Shown here piece after piece: positions 7,046-15,690 of a DNA stretch of 18,903 bases. Under the pieces are notes generated by a model that saw nothing but the letters and a program-made list of their open reading frames with translations, was not told where the DNA came from and did not search any database. Each line of letters begins with the position of its first letter. Position 1 is the stretch's first letter. A program made the translations under genes and the position numbers. The DNA comes from Armatimonadia bacterium (lineage in GTDB: Bacteria; Armatimonadota; Zipacnadia; Zipacnadales; UBA11051). The stretch spans positions 1-18,903 of the forward strand of contig JBDKRC010000168.1 in the NCBI GenBank assembly GCA_039683575.1, in the 5' to 3' direction.

Positions 7046-7462
7046 GTGTTAACCATTGCCATATCCCCCCGTTTCGGAGATGTTGACGGTTTCCGCCACA
7101 TCAACAACACTCGGCTGCCCGAGTGGTTCGAGTCCGGCCGGATGCCACTGTACCGGATCTTCCAGCCGCAAATGGATCTCGACCAGCTCAACCTGATCAT
7201 TGCCCGGATCACCGTGGACTTCCAGTCGCAGATGTTCATGCAGCCCGACGTCGAGATCCGCACCTGGATCAAACGCGTTGGCAACTCCTCCTTCACGGTC
7301 TACCAGGAAGCGTGGCAGCAGGGACGCCTGGGCGCCAGTGGCGAGACCGTGGTCGTACACTACGACTTCGCCGCCGGCCACTCGCTGCCCATACCCGGCG
7401 ATATTCGGCCGCTTCTCGAGCAGCATCTCCTACCCGAGGAACAGCAGAACCAAGATGACTAA
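7046..7462 (+). CDS. Hot-dog-fold acyl-CoA thioesterase (4HBT/FadM-like), ~138 aa
   Basis: [14 protein letters not shown] motif and [12 protein letters not shown]. The GTG start at 7046 is inferred. The stop overlaps the next start (ATGACTAA). Confidence 0.88.
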   Translation: MLTIAISPRFGDVDGFRHINNTRLPEWFESGRMPLYRIFQPQMDLDQLNLIIARITVDFQSQMFMQPDVEIRTWIKRVGNSSFTVYQEAWQQGRLGASGETVVVHYDFAAGHSLPIPGDIRPLLEQHLLPEEQQNQDD

Positions 7463-9155
7463 CGAGTACACGCCCAACTACGACGGCTTGTTCACCGATC
7501 TGACGCTCGGCGAGTTCTTCGAGCGCGAGGTCGCCGCCCACCCCGACCGCGAGTGCCTCGTCTACGCGGATCGCGACCTGCGCCTCACCTACGCGGAGTT
7601 CAACGAGCGGGTCAACCGCCTCGCCAAGGGCCTTCTGTCCATTGGCATCACCAGGGGCGACCACGTCGGCATCTGGGCCCGCAATGTTCCCGACTGGATC
7701 ACGTTCCTCTACGCCACGGCCAAGATCGGCGCCGTGCTCGTCACCGTCAACACCGCCTACAAGAGCCACGAGGTAGCCTACCTGCTCAAGCAGTCCGACA
7801 TGAAGTGCCTGGCGCTGGTGGACGGCTTCCGGGACGTCAACTACGTGGACATCATGCACGAGCTCGTGCCCGAACTCCGCCAGTGCGAGCGTGGCCGCCT
7901 GCACAGCGAAGAGTTCCCGCACCTCAAAAGCGTTATCTTCGTCGGCCAGGAAAAGCATCGCGGCATGTACAATACCAGCGAGCTGATCCTGCTGGGCAGC
8001 CACCTGCCGGATGACGAACTCAAGGCCATCGGGCCGACCCTGCACTGTGACGATGTCGTCAACATGCAGTACACCTCGGGGACCACGGGCTTCCCCAAGG
8101 GCGTAATGCTAACCCACCGCAACATCCTCAACAACGGGTACTACATCGGTGAAGGGCAGAAGCTCACCGGCGAAGACCGCGTCTGCCTGCCAGTGCCCTT
8201 CTTCCACTGCTTCGGCCTCACTCTCGGACTGATGGCAATCCTCACCCACGGCGCGACTACCATCCCGATCGAGCAGTTTGACCCCGTCCTTACCCTGGCA
8301 GCCATCCAGAAGGAACGTTGCACTGCCGTCTACGGCGTCCCGACGATGTTCATCGCTGAGATGTCGCATCCGATGTTCAGCATGTTCGACCTGACCTCAC
8401 TGCGCACGGGCATCATGGCCGGATCACCTTGTCCCATTGAGGCCATGAAGAAGGTCATGTCCGACATGCACATGACCGAGGTCACGATCTGCTACGGCCT
8501 CACCGAAGCCTCCCCGGTGTTCACCCAGACCACCACCGACGATGATGCCGAGCACAAGGCCACCACCATCGGCCGCAAACACCCTCACGTCGAGGTCAAG
8601 GTCATCAACCCCGAGACGGGTGAAGAGGTAGGCCCGAACATCCCGGGCGAGATCTGCTGCCGCGGCTACAACCTCATGAAGGGCTACTACAACATGCCCG
8701 AGGAGACGGCAAAGGTCCTTGAGAAGGACGGCTGGCTGCACAGCGGAGATCTGGTGACATACGATGAGGATGGCTACTTCAAGATCGTCGGGCGTCTCAA
8801 GGACATGATCATCCGCGGCGGCGAGAACATCTACCCCCGCGAGATTGAGGAGTTCCTCTACACCGTGCCCGGAATCAAGGATGCGCAAGTGGTGGGCGTG
8901 CCGGATCAGAAGTACGGCGAGGTAGTCGGTGCCTTCGTCACGCTTCACGATGGTGCGGACCTGACGGAGGAAGACGTCCAGGACGCCTGCCGCGCCAGAA
9001 TGGCCCGCTACAAGGCCCCCCGTTACGTCTTCTTCGTGGACGAGTTCCCCCAGACCGCCAGCGGCAAGATCCAGAAGTTCAAGCTGCGGGAGATGGCGGC
9101 CGAGCTAATAGGCGCCCAGAAGCAGGACTTCATCCAGGAATCCGACACCGCCTAG
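7455..9155 (+). CDS. AMP-binding acyl-CoA synthetase, ~566 aa
   Basis: [12 protein letters not shown]-loop, [32 protein letters not shown] and SGKIQK adenylation motifs. Start ATG 7455 overlaps the thioesterase stop. Confidence 0.95.
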   Translation: MTNEYTPNYDGLFTDLTLGEFFEREVAAHPDRECLVYADRDLRLTYAEFNERVNRLAKGLLSIGITRGDHVGIWARNVPDWITFLYATAKIGAVLVTVNTAYKSHEVAYLLKQSDMKCLALVDGFRDVNYVDIMHELVPELRQCERGRLHSEEFPHLKSVIFVGQEKHRGMYNTSELILLGSHLPDDELKAIGPTLHCDDVVNMQYTSGTTGFPKGVMLTHRNILNNGYYIGEGQKLTGEDRVCLPVPFFHCFGLTLGLMAILTHGATTIPIEQFDPVLTLAAIQKERCTAVYGVPTMFIAEMSHPMFSMFDLTSLRTGIMAGSPCPIEAMKKVMSDMHMTEVTICYGLTEASPVFTQTTTDDDAEHKATTIGRKHPHVEVKVINPETGEEVGPNIPGEICCRGYNLMKGYYNMPEETAKVLEKDGWLHSGDLVTYDEDGYFKIVGRLKDMIIRGGENIYPREIEEFLYTVPGIKDAQVVGVPDQKYGEVVGAFVTLHDGADLTEEDVQDACRARMARYKAPRYVFFVDEFPQTASGKIQKFKLREMAAELIGAQKQDFIQESDTA

Positions 9156-9207
9156 CACCACCACCACGCACGGCATTGATAGTTGATGGCCAACAGCCAA
9201 TAGCAAG

Positions 9208-9236
9208 AGGGGCCGGATGCATAGCATCCAGCCCCT
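9208..9236. terminator. Stem-loop between convergent genes, probable terminator
   Basis: AGGGGC-C-GGATGC-ATA-GCATCC-A-GCCCCT. The single mismatch becomes a G-U pair in minus-strand (phoH) RNA. U-tracts are short. Confidence 0.55.
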
Positions 9237-9246
9237 TCGTCATTCT

Positions 9247-9271
9247 GTAGGGCCGGGGCTCGTACCCGGCC
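9247..9271 (+). repeat. GTAG-type REP hairpin, intergenic
   Basis: GTAG-GGCCGGG-GCTCGTA-CCCGGCC, a perfect 7-bp stem directly after GTAG. Confidence 0.7.
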
Positions 9272-9292
9272 GCGCCGTCGCCGCTGCCGTCA

Positions 9293-9325
9293 GACGCAAG
9301 ACGTAGGACGTAAGACGCAAAACGC
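9293..9325 (+). repeat. Heptamer tandem repeat (GACGYAR)x4.5
   Basis: GACGCAA GACGTAG GACGTAA GACGCAA AACGC, just beyond the phoH stop. Confidence 0.75.
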
Positions 9326-9329
9326 CCCC

Positions 9330-10670
9330 TCACGCCACCCCCGCCTGCCCATGCTGCATCCTCTCCGCCACAAGCTGCGCAAACTCCGACCGCTGCGAAA
9401 TGTTCAGCGGCGCCACCCCGAACATCTCGCTATCCTTAAGCTTCTCCACCGCCACCGTCGCCCCGCACGACTGCGCATCCACATACGGGTTGTCTATCTG
9501 GGTAATGTCCGCCAGCACCACGCACCTGGTCTTCTCCCCCATGCGCGATAGTGCGGTCGTGGCCTCCAGCTCGGTCGTGTTCTGCATCTCGTCGAGAATC
9601 ACCCAATACCCATGCAGCGTGCGGCCCCGCAGATACGTGTACGACTCCATCTGGAGTTGCCCGTTATCCCGCATCATCTCCAGGTCCAGGCCATTCCGCC
9701 GGTGCATTTGCAGCACGCGCAGGTTGTCAAACACCGGCATCAGCCAGGAGTGGAGCTTCTCGTCCTTATCACCCTTCAGAAAGCCGATGTCACGCCGTCC
9801 CACCGGCACGATGGGCTTGATCGCCAGAATGCTCTCATGCTCGCCGCTCTCCAGGTGCTCCAGCCCCGCTGCCAGCGCCAGCAACGTCTTCCCGCCTCCC
9901 GCCACCCCCAGGAGCGCCACACACTTCACATCGTCATCCATCAGCAGGTCCAGGGCCATGCGCTGGTAGTCATCAAGCGGCTTCACGCCCTGTATGGCCC
10001 GGTGTTTCTCAGGTAACGGCCGCAACAGGCCCTGCTTGTTGCGGCACAGAAACCGCCCCATGTTCTCGTGGCCCTCAAATTCCACATAGCAAAACTCGTT
10101 CTGCACCAGCCCCTCCGGTGCAGGCACCGTCCCGGCGTGCAACTGATCTCCGGCCGCGGCGGGCAGGATGATCGCTTCACTGTGCAGGCCCGTGTACCGG
10201 TGCTCCCAGTCCTTGATCTTGCTGCGCAGGTAGTCCTCAGCCTGCAGGCCATGGACCGAAGCCTTCAGCCTCAAGCCCAGATCTTTGGAGACCATGATCA
10301 CTTGCGGGTGCTGCTCGCTAAGCCGCTGGGCGCAGCGGATGATCATGTCGTCGCGCAGTGACTTGGGGATGTCCTCAACGGCCGGAAACTCGGGGTCTTC
10401 GGGCATGTAAATGGTGAGAGTGCCCAGACCAGGGCCAAGCGGGGCGTCTACGAGGGTGGAAGAAGCGGCACGGAGGGTCTCGAGGGAGCGGAAGACGGCG
10501 TTGGCGGCGGCGCCGCGACCGTTAGGGGCTTTGCGCAGTCCATCTACTTCATGCAGGACAACGTACGGCAGGACGACATCATGTTCGTGAAAGCTATACA
10601 GGGCGTTCGGATCGTGGATCAGAACTGACGTATCCAGCACGAACAGCTTCCGGTTCGGTTGTGGCATCAT
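9330..10670 (-). CDS. PIN-domain + PhoH-family ATPase (PhoH2/YlaK-like), ~445 aa
   Basis: PIN motifs FVLDTSVLIHDP, VLHEVD and SKDLGLRLKA. Walker A GVAGGGKT, RGRTL, Walker B ILDEMQN, QIDNPY. GGAG SD upstream; the start could be 10670 or 10667. Confidence 0.92.
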   Translation of the reverse strand: MMPQPNRKLFVLDTSVLIHDPNALYSFHEHDVVLPYVVLHEVDGLRKAPNGRGAAANAVFRSLETLRAASSTLVDAPLGPGLGTLTIYMPEDPEFPAVEDIPKSLRDDMIIRCAQRLSEQHPQVIMVSKDLGLRLKASVHGLQAEDYLRSKIKDWEHRYTGLHSEAIILPAAAGDQLHAGTVPAPEGLVQNEFCYVEFEGHENMGRFLCRNKQGLLRPLPEKHRAIQGVKPLDDYQRMALDLLMDDDVKCVALLGVAGGGKTLLALAAGLEHLESGEHESILAIKPIVPVGRRDIGFLKGDKDEKLHSWLMPVFDNLRVLQMHRRNGLDLEMMRDNGQLQMESYTYLRGRTLHGYWVILDEMQNTTELEATTALSRMGEKTRCVVLADITQIDNPYVDAQSCGATVAVEKLKDSEMFGVAPLNISQRSEFAQLVAERMQHGQAGVA

Positions 10671-10861
10671 TGGCTCCGTAGGTTCAGATGAGATTCTTCC
10701 TGCGGCTTCGGAGCGCGATGGGTGCGAGGGACACCTGCCTTTCTTCGCTGTCTCGGTCTTATGCTACCCATTCGCCAGCCGCCTCACACTCTCCTGCAAT
10801 GCCTGCACCACAGGTTACTCAACACGCAATAGTCAGCGCCATAGCCCCCTGGAGGTCCACC

Positions 10862-10894
10862 ATGGAGCCACAGCGAAACCCTCCGAACGAATAA
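10862..10894 (+). other. Candidate 10-aa upstream ORF MEPQRNPPNE with a perfect SD
   Basis: GGAGGT at 10851-10856, ATG 10862, TAA 10892-10894. Same frame as the 10922 CDS. Confidence 0.4.
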
Positions 10895-10921
10895 GTCCAT
10901 CGTCGCCGCTGGCTACCAGGC

Positions 10922-12907
10922 ATGACCTCTCCACCGGTCACAGCAGACGACCGCCCCCAGACAGTGCCGGCCGCAAAGGCCCGGTGCGTGCCCGAGGCCG
11001 TCAGCCCCCGCGCCGTCATTCTCGGCGTCGTGCTCATCCCCGTCAATGCCTGGTGGCTCGCCCAGATCGAGTATGTCCGCTACTCTGACAATGCCACCAC
11101 CTCCGCCCTCTTCTTCAACTGCCTCGCGGTCTTGCTCTTCCTGATCGGCCTCAACCACCTCATACGCCTCATCGCGCCGCGGCACGCCTTCTCGCGCGGC
11201 GAACTCCTCACCGTATACGCCATGCTCGTCATCGCCAGCGCCCTCGGCGGACATGACCAGCTTCAGATCCTCTTCACCACCATCACCTGGATCTTCCGCA
11301 ACGCCACCCCGGAGAATGGCTGGGAAAAGGACCTCATGCCTCATCTCCCGGGGCACCTGGTCATGAACGACCCTCGCGCCCTGGAAAGCCTCTACTCCGG
11401 CGACAGCACTCTCTACTCCTGGCCCCTTCTCCGCCCCTGGTTGGCCCCGCTCGGCTGGTGGGCGCTCTTCGCTCTCACGCTCGTCTGGACTCTCTACTGC
11501 CTCATGGCGATGTTCCGCAAGCAATGGGATCGCGAGCGCCTCAACTACCCCATCGCGGGCGTCCCGCTGCAGATGACCGCCCCGGACGGCGAGCTCTATC
11601 ACAGCAAGCTCTTCTGGGTCGCGTTCGCGGGCGCGATGCTAATCCAGCTCTGGCGACTGGCCCACAACCTCTGGCCCGCCGTACCCAACCTCAACATCGG
11701 TGTCTTCAACTACAGCTTCAAAGCCATGCCCCTCTCCGCCGCCGGAGCCATCCCCCTGTCCTCCTACCCCTTCAGCTACGGTATGGCCTATCTGCTCCCC
11801 GTCCAGCTTGCCTTCTCTGTCTGGTTCTTCTTCTGGCTGGCCCGGCTGGAGATGATTCTCACCGCCATGGCCGGCTTCACGCAGTTCCGCCGCTTCCCCT
11901 ACGTCCAGCAGCAGGGCGTCGGCGCCTACTTCGGCGTCGCCCTCTTCGTGCTGTGGGCCGCCCGGATGCACCTGCGGACCATCTGGCTCCTGGCTTCCGG
12001 CCAAAAGCGCAACGAGGGCGAGGACGCCGGCGAACCTCTCCCCTATCCCACCGCCTTCTGGGGCTTCTTCGCGGGAGCCTGCGGCCTCGTCGTCTTCGCC
12101 GTGGCAGCGGGCATGAGCCTCCTGACCGCCCTGCTCTACTTCGCCCTCTTCCTCACCATCTCGCTGACCCTCACCCGCCTGCGCGCCGAGCTCGGCCTGC
12201 CGACCATCGAACTCTACCAGGTCGGCGCCGATGACATCCTCCAAAACCTCGCCGGCACCCGCGCCTTCACCAGCCGCGATCTCGCGGCAATGAGCCTCTT
12301 CTTCTGGCTGCACCGCACTCACCGGCAACTGCCCATGCCCATCCACGGCGACCTCATGCGCCTCGGCGATCAGTCTCCCCTGAACCTGCGCGGCCTCTCC
12401 CGCGTGGTCCTGCTCGCCTCCGCCGTGGCCATCGTCGCCGCCTTCTGGGGCATGCTCCACGTCACCTACCAGACCGGCTACGAATCCGCCAAGTTCGTCG
12501 GCCCCGCCAAGTGGGCGTTCGGCAACGACCCCTGGCGCAAGCTCCAGCAGGCCTACAGCAGCCCCCGAAGCATCGACTACGGCGCCAGCGGAGCCTACCT
12601 CTTCGGTCTAGGCTTCACCCTCTTTCTCGCCGCCATGCGCTCCCAGTTCCTCTGGTGGCCCTTCCACCCCGTCGGCTACCTCGTCTCCGGCAGCTTCGGT
12701 CTCTTCCGCCTGTGGCTCCCGATCTTCATCACCTGGACCATCAAGAGCCTGCTCCTGCGCTACGGCGGCCTCGACGCCTACCGCAAGGCCTGGCCCTTCT
12801 TCATCGGCCTCATCCTCGGCGAGTTCAGCGGTGCTTTCCTCCGCACCGTCCTGGACCTCGTCTTCACCCTCTATCTACCCCCGTCGTCCGGCGTAGGAGG
12901 CCTCTGA
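10922..12907 (+). CDS. Polytopic inner-membrane protein, DUF6785/DUF6784-like (putative transporter), 661 aa
   Basis: Many hydrophobic helices. Family-like motifs RAVILG, ELLTVYAML, QWDRERLNYPI, RLRAELG, WWPFHPVGY, YGG...YRKA.PFFIGLILGE. Confidence 0.75.
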   Translation: MTSPPVTADDRPQTVPAAKARCVPEAVSPRAVILGVVLIPVNAWWLAQIEYVRYSDNATTSALFFNCLAVLLFLIGLNHLIRLIAPRHAFSRGELLTVYAMLVIASALGGHDQLQILFTTITWIFRNATPENGWEKDLMPHLPGHLVMNDPRALESLYSGDSTLYSWPLLRPWLAPLGWWALFALTLVWTLYCLMAMFRKQWDRERLNYPIAGVPLQMTAPDGELYHSKLFWVAFAGAMLIQLWRLAHNLWPAVPNLNIGVFNYSFKAMPLSAAGAIPLSSYPFSYGMAYLLPVQLAFSVWFFFWLARLEMILTAMAGFTQFRRFPYVQQQGVGAYFGVALFVLWAARMHLRTIWLLASGQKRNEGEDAGEPLPYPTAFWGFFAGACGLVVFAVAAGMSLLTALLYFALFLTISLTLTRLRAELGLPTIELYQVGADDILQNLAGTRAFTSRDLAAMSLFFWLHRTHRQLPMPIHGDLMRLGDQSPLNLRGLSRVVLLASAVAIVAAFWGMLHVTYQTGYESAKFVGPAKWAFGNDPWRKLQQAYSSPRSIDYGASGAYLFGLGFTLFLAAMRSQFLWWPFHPVGYLVSGSFGLFRLWLPIFITWTIKSLLLRYGGLDAYRKAWPFFIGLILGEFSGAFLRTVLDLVFTLYLPPSSGVGGL

Positions 12908-12933
12908 GCCCGCGCAGCGAACTCTCTTTCATC

Positions 12934-15144
12934 ATGCGCACGACCTGCTCGCTGCTCTGCCTGGTGGCCGCCTCCGTCGCGCTTGCAGGCGACATCACTT
13001 GGACCAACTTCGGTCCCGGCGGCGGCGGCTGGATTCAGTCCCTCGCCTGCGACCCGCGCGACCCCGACCTCCTCTACCTCGGCTGCGACGTCGGCGGTTT
13101 CTACCTCTCCCGCGACTTCGGCCAGACCTGGACCATCCGCAACAACGGTCTCGCCGACTACTTCGTCGAGTGCCTCGCCGTCCACCCGCAAAACAGCCAG
13201 ATACTGCTTCTCGGCACCGAGGGCGGCCTCTACAAGTCCACCGACCAGGGCCTGACGTGGCAGGAGAAACGCCAGGGCTTCCCGGCGCCTACCCGCTACA
13301 GCTATTCCGCCCCCATCGGCGCCCTCTGCTTCGACCCAACCCGTCCCGACACCCTCTACGCCGGGATAGGCCGCCCCCGCTTCGGCAAGGACGGCGCTGG
13401 CGCGATCTATAGGAGTAACGACTGCGGCGAGACCTGGCAACTCGCCACGCCCCCCGGAACGCTCCCGGACAAGGCCATCGTCAGCGACCTTGAGATGCCC
13501 GTCGATGGCTCCTACCTCCTCGCCGCCACCGACTCCGGCCTCTTCCGCAGCGCCGACTCTGCGCGCACGTGGCAGCGCGCTTCCGGCCTCCCCGACCAAC
13601 CAGTACCCGAACTCGCCATCGCGCCCAGCAACCCCTCGGTCGTCTACTGCACCGTCCGCACCACCGCCCGCGACGCCCAGCCCTGGAACGGTGGCGTCTG
13701 GCGCTCCGACGATGGCGGCCAGACCTGGCAACGCCGCAGCGACGGTCTCGCCACCCGCGTCGGCAAGTCCACCGATCACCCCGCGATGACCTCCGGCTAC
13801 AAGGAGATCGTGGTTGACCCGCATGACGAGAATGCCGTCTATGTCGGCGACACCGCCTGGGTCTCCGCGGGTGTCTACAAAACCACCGACGGCGGCCGCT
13901 CCTGGCGCAAAGCCACACAACACGTGGCCCCCGGCAATAACATGGACTACGGCTGGATCAAGCAGTGGGGGCCCACCGTCGAATGCCTCGCGCTCAGCCC
14001 GGCCCGTCCCGACCGCCTGCTCTTCGGTACCTCCGGCCACGTCTTCCTCACCGATGACGCCGGCGCGACCTGGCACCAGCGCTACTGCCGCGAACTCCCC
14101 GACGGCCGCATTGCGGGCACCGGCCTCGAAGTCACCTGCTTCAACGACGCAATTCCCGACCCGCTCATCCCCGGCCGCGTCTACTGCTGCTACATGGACA
14201 TCGGCCTGCTCATCAGCGACGACCGTGGCGCCACCTTCCGCACCGCCTATCAGGGCATGAAGTCCAGCGGCAACTGCTTCACCGTCGCCCGCGATCCCGC
14301 CGACAAGCAGAAGCTATGGGCCGCCACCGGCCAGTGGGGCCACAACGAGGGCTACATCTGCCGCAGCAGCGACGACGGCGCCACCTGGCAACTCGTCGGC
14401 CAGCAATCCTCCGGCCTGCCCTGCGGCCAGGTCCGCTCCCTGCTCGTAGACCCCACCAGCCCCCCCAACCAGCGCCGTCTCTACGCCACCTGCAGCGGCT
14501 ACGGCGTCTACACCAGCGACAACGACGGCGACACCTGGGCCTGCATGAATGCAAACCTCCCTGAAGCCGCCAAGTCCCCTTGCCGTCTCCTCATGAACCC
14601 GCAGAACCCCAAGCACCTCCGCCTGGCCCTCGCCGGCAATCCGGACAAGGGCAGCGGCCTCTACGAAACCCGCGACGGCGGCCAGACCTGGCAGAAGCTC
14701 ACCCGCGAACCCCTCTTCTGGGACCTCAAGCACCTGATCGCAGACCCGCAGAGCTTCGACACGCTCTACCTCTGCCAGCGCCAGTCCCTCGACCGCACCG
14801 GCGGCAAGGAGCGCCTCTTCCAGGGCGGCCTGTTCCGCAGCACCGACGCCGGAGCCACCTGGACCCGCCTGCACGACTTCCACTTCCCGAACTGTCTTGC
14901 CGTCAGCCCCCGTGACAACCAGACTCTCTATCTCGCCACCAATGACCATCCCTACCACGACCGCAGCCGCGCCGCCGGCCTCCTCGTGTCGCGCGACGGC
15001 GGCAAGACCTGGACCGCGGAAAACGACGGCCTCAGCAACTGGAATCTGATCAGCGTGCAGGTTGACCCACTCGACCCGTCTCGCCTATACATCGGCACCG
15101 GCGGCAACAGCGGCTTCGTCGGCATCGATCGGGGCATCCGCTGA
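12934..15144 (+). CDS. Secreted BNR/Asp-box beta-propeller protein, GH74-like putative glycoside hydrolase, ~736 aa
   Basis: Signal peptide MRTTCSLLCLVAASVALA. Start WTNFGPGGGGW...GCDVGG. More than 10 S/T-x-D-x-G-x-T/S-W Asp boxes. A second DIG motif (YMDIGL). Start ATG 12934 is inferred. Confidence 0.8.
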   Translation: MRTTCSLLCLVAASVALAGDITWTNFGPGGGGWIQSLACDPRDPDLLYLGCDVGGFYLSRDFGQTWTIRNNGLADYFVECLAVHPQNSQILLLGTEGGLYKSTDQGLTWQEKRQGFPAPTRYSYSAPIGALCFDPTRPDTLYAGIGRPRFGKDGAGAIYRSNDCGETWQLATPPGTLPDKAIVSDLEMPVDGSYLLAATDSGLFRSADSARTWQRASGLPDQPVPELAIAPSNPSVVYCTVRTTARDAQPWNGGVWRSDDGGQTWQRRSDGLATRVGKSTDHPAMTSGYKEIVVDPHDENAVYVGDTAWVSAGVYKTTDGGRSWRKATQHVAPGNNMDYGWIKQWGPTVECLALSPARPDRLLFGTSGHVFLTDDAGATWHQRYCRELPDGRIAGTGLEVTCFNDAIPDPLIPGRVYCCYMDIGLLISDDRGATFRTAYQGMKSSGNCFTVARDPADKQKLWAATGQWGHNEGYICRSSDDGATWQLVGQQSSGLPCGQVRSLLVDPTSPPNQRRLYATCSGYGVYTSDNDGDTWACMNANLPEAAKSPCRLLMNPQNPKHLRLALAGNPDKGSGLYETRDGGQTWQKLTREPLFWDLKHLIADPQSFDTLYLCQRQSLDRTGGKERLFQGGLFRSTDAGATWTRLHDFHFPNCLAVSPRDNQTLYLATNDHPYHDRSRAAGLLVSRDGGKTWTAENDGLSNWNLISVQVDPLDPSRLYIGTGGNSGFVGIDRGIR

Positions 15145-15166
15145 TCCTGTGCGAGCACCCTTCCGA

Positions 15167-15643
15167 GCCGTCTGACCCCGAAGGGGGTCACCGATTATAG
15201 CCAGGGGTGAAACCCCTGGAACGCGCACCGCCAATGCCTTCTGACCCCAACGGGGTCACCCGCCGTTGGACCCCGAAGAGGTCACCGATTATAGCCAGGG
15301 GTGAGACCCCTGGAACACGCACCGCCATCACCTTACTCCCAACGGGGTTCTCCCGCCGCTGGACCCCGAAGGGGTCACCGAGCATAGCCAGGGGTGAAAC
15401 CCCTGGAACGCGCACCGCCAATGCCTTCTGACCCCAACGGGGTTCTCCCGCCGTTGGACCCCGAAGGGGTCACCGATTATAGCCAGGGGTGAAACCCCTG
15501 GAACGCGCACCGCCAATGCTCTCTGACCCCAACGGGGTTCTCCAGTCGTTGGACCCCAAAGGGGTCACCGAGCATAGCCAGGGGTGAAACCCCTGGAACG
15601 CGCACCGCCAATGCCTTCTGACCCCAACGGGGTCACCCGCCGT
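15167..15643 (+). repeat. Tandem array of 5 REP-like units (93-95 bp period), three hairpins per unit (BIME-like)
   Basis: Central hairpin CCAGGGGT-GA(A/G)-ACCCCTGG starts at 15201, 15295, 15388, 15483 and 15578. Each is preceded by a GACCCC-GAA-GGGGTCACCGANNATAG-type segment and followed by GACCCC-AAC-GGGGT, with small variants. Linkers are conserved, not unique. Confidence 0.96.
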
Positions 15644-15690
15644 GAAAAACCGCCGCAACCCACCAAGCCCCATCAACCCGGAGTAAGCAA

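Noticed and set aside
6938-7454. Extended N-termini for the thioesterase (6938) and AMP ligase (7200)
   Set aside because: They overlap upstream genes. Family-like sequence begins at about 7046 and 7455.
12892-12914. CGTAGGAGGCC... as another GTAG-REP at the end of the membrane protein gene
   Set aside because: No convincing stem follows the GTAG.
12511-12933. 141-aa N-terminal extension of the beta-propeller ORF
   Set aside because: It is an Arg/Pro-rich off-frame reading of the membrane protein gene. The signal peptide starts at ATG 12934.
15167-15643. CRISPR array
   Set aside because: Sequences between palindromes are near-identical rather than unique spacers, the period is ~94 bp, and there are no cas genes. 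The same repeat flanks a Y1 transposase.
124-15643. 15-kb composite mobile element bounded by the two repeat clusters
   Set aside because: The enclosed genes include housekeeping miaB and half of an apparent operon. Dispersed REP copies explain the pattern more simply.
15188-15676. Small ORFs with repeated PGVSPLA / ARGETPG peptides (also 92-349 and 142-339)
   Set aside because: They are translations of the DNA palindromic repeats, with no RBS, and frames break between units.
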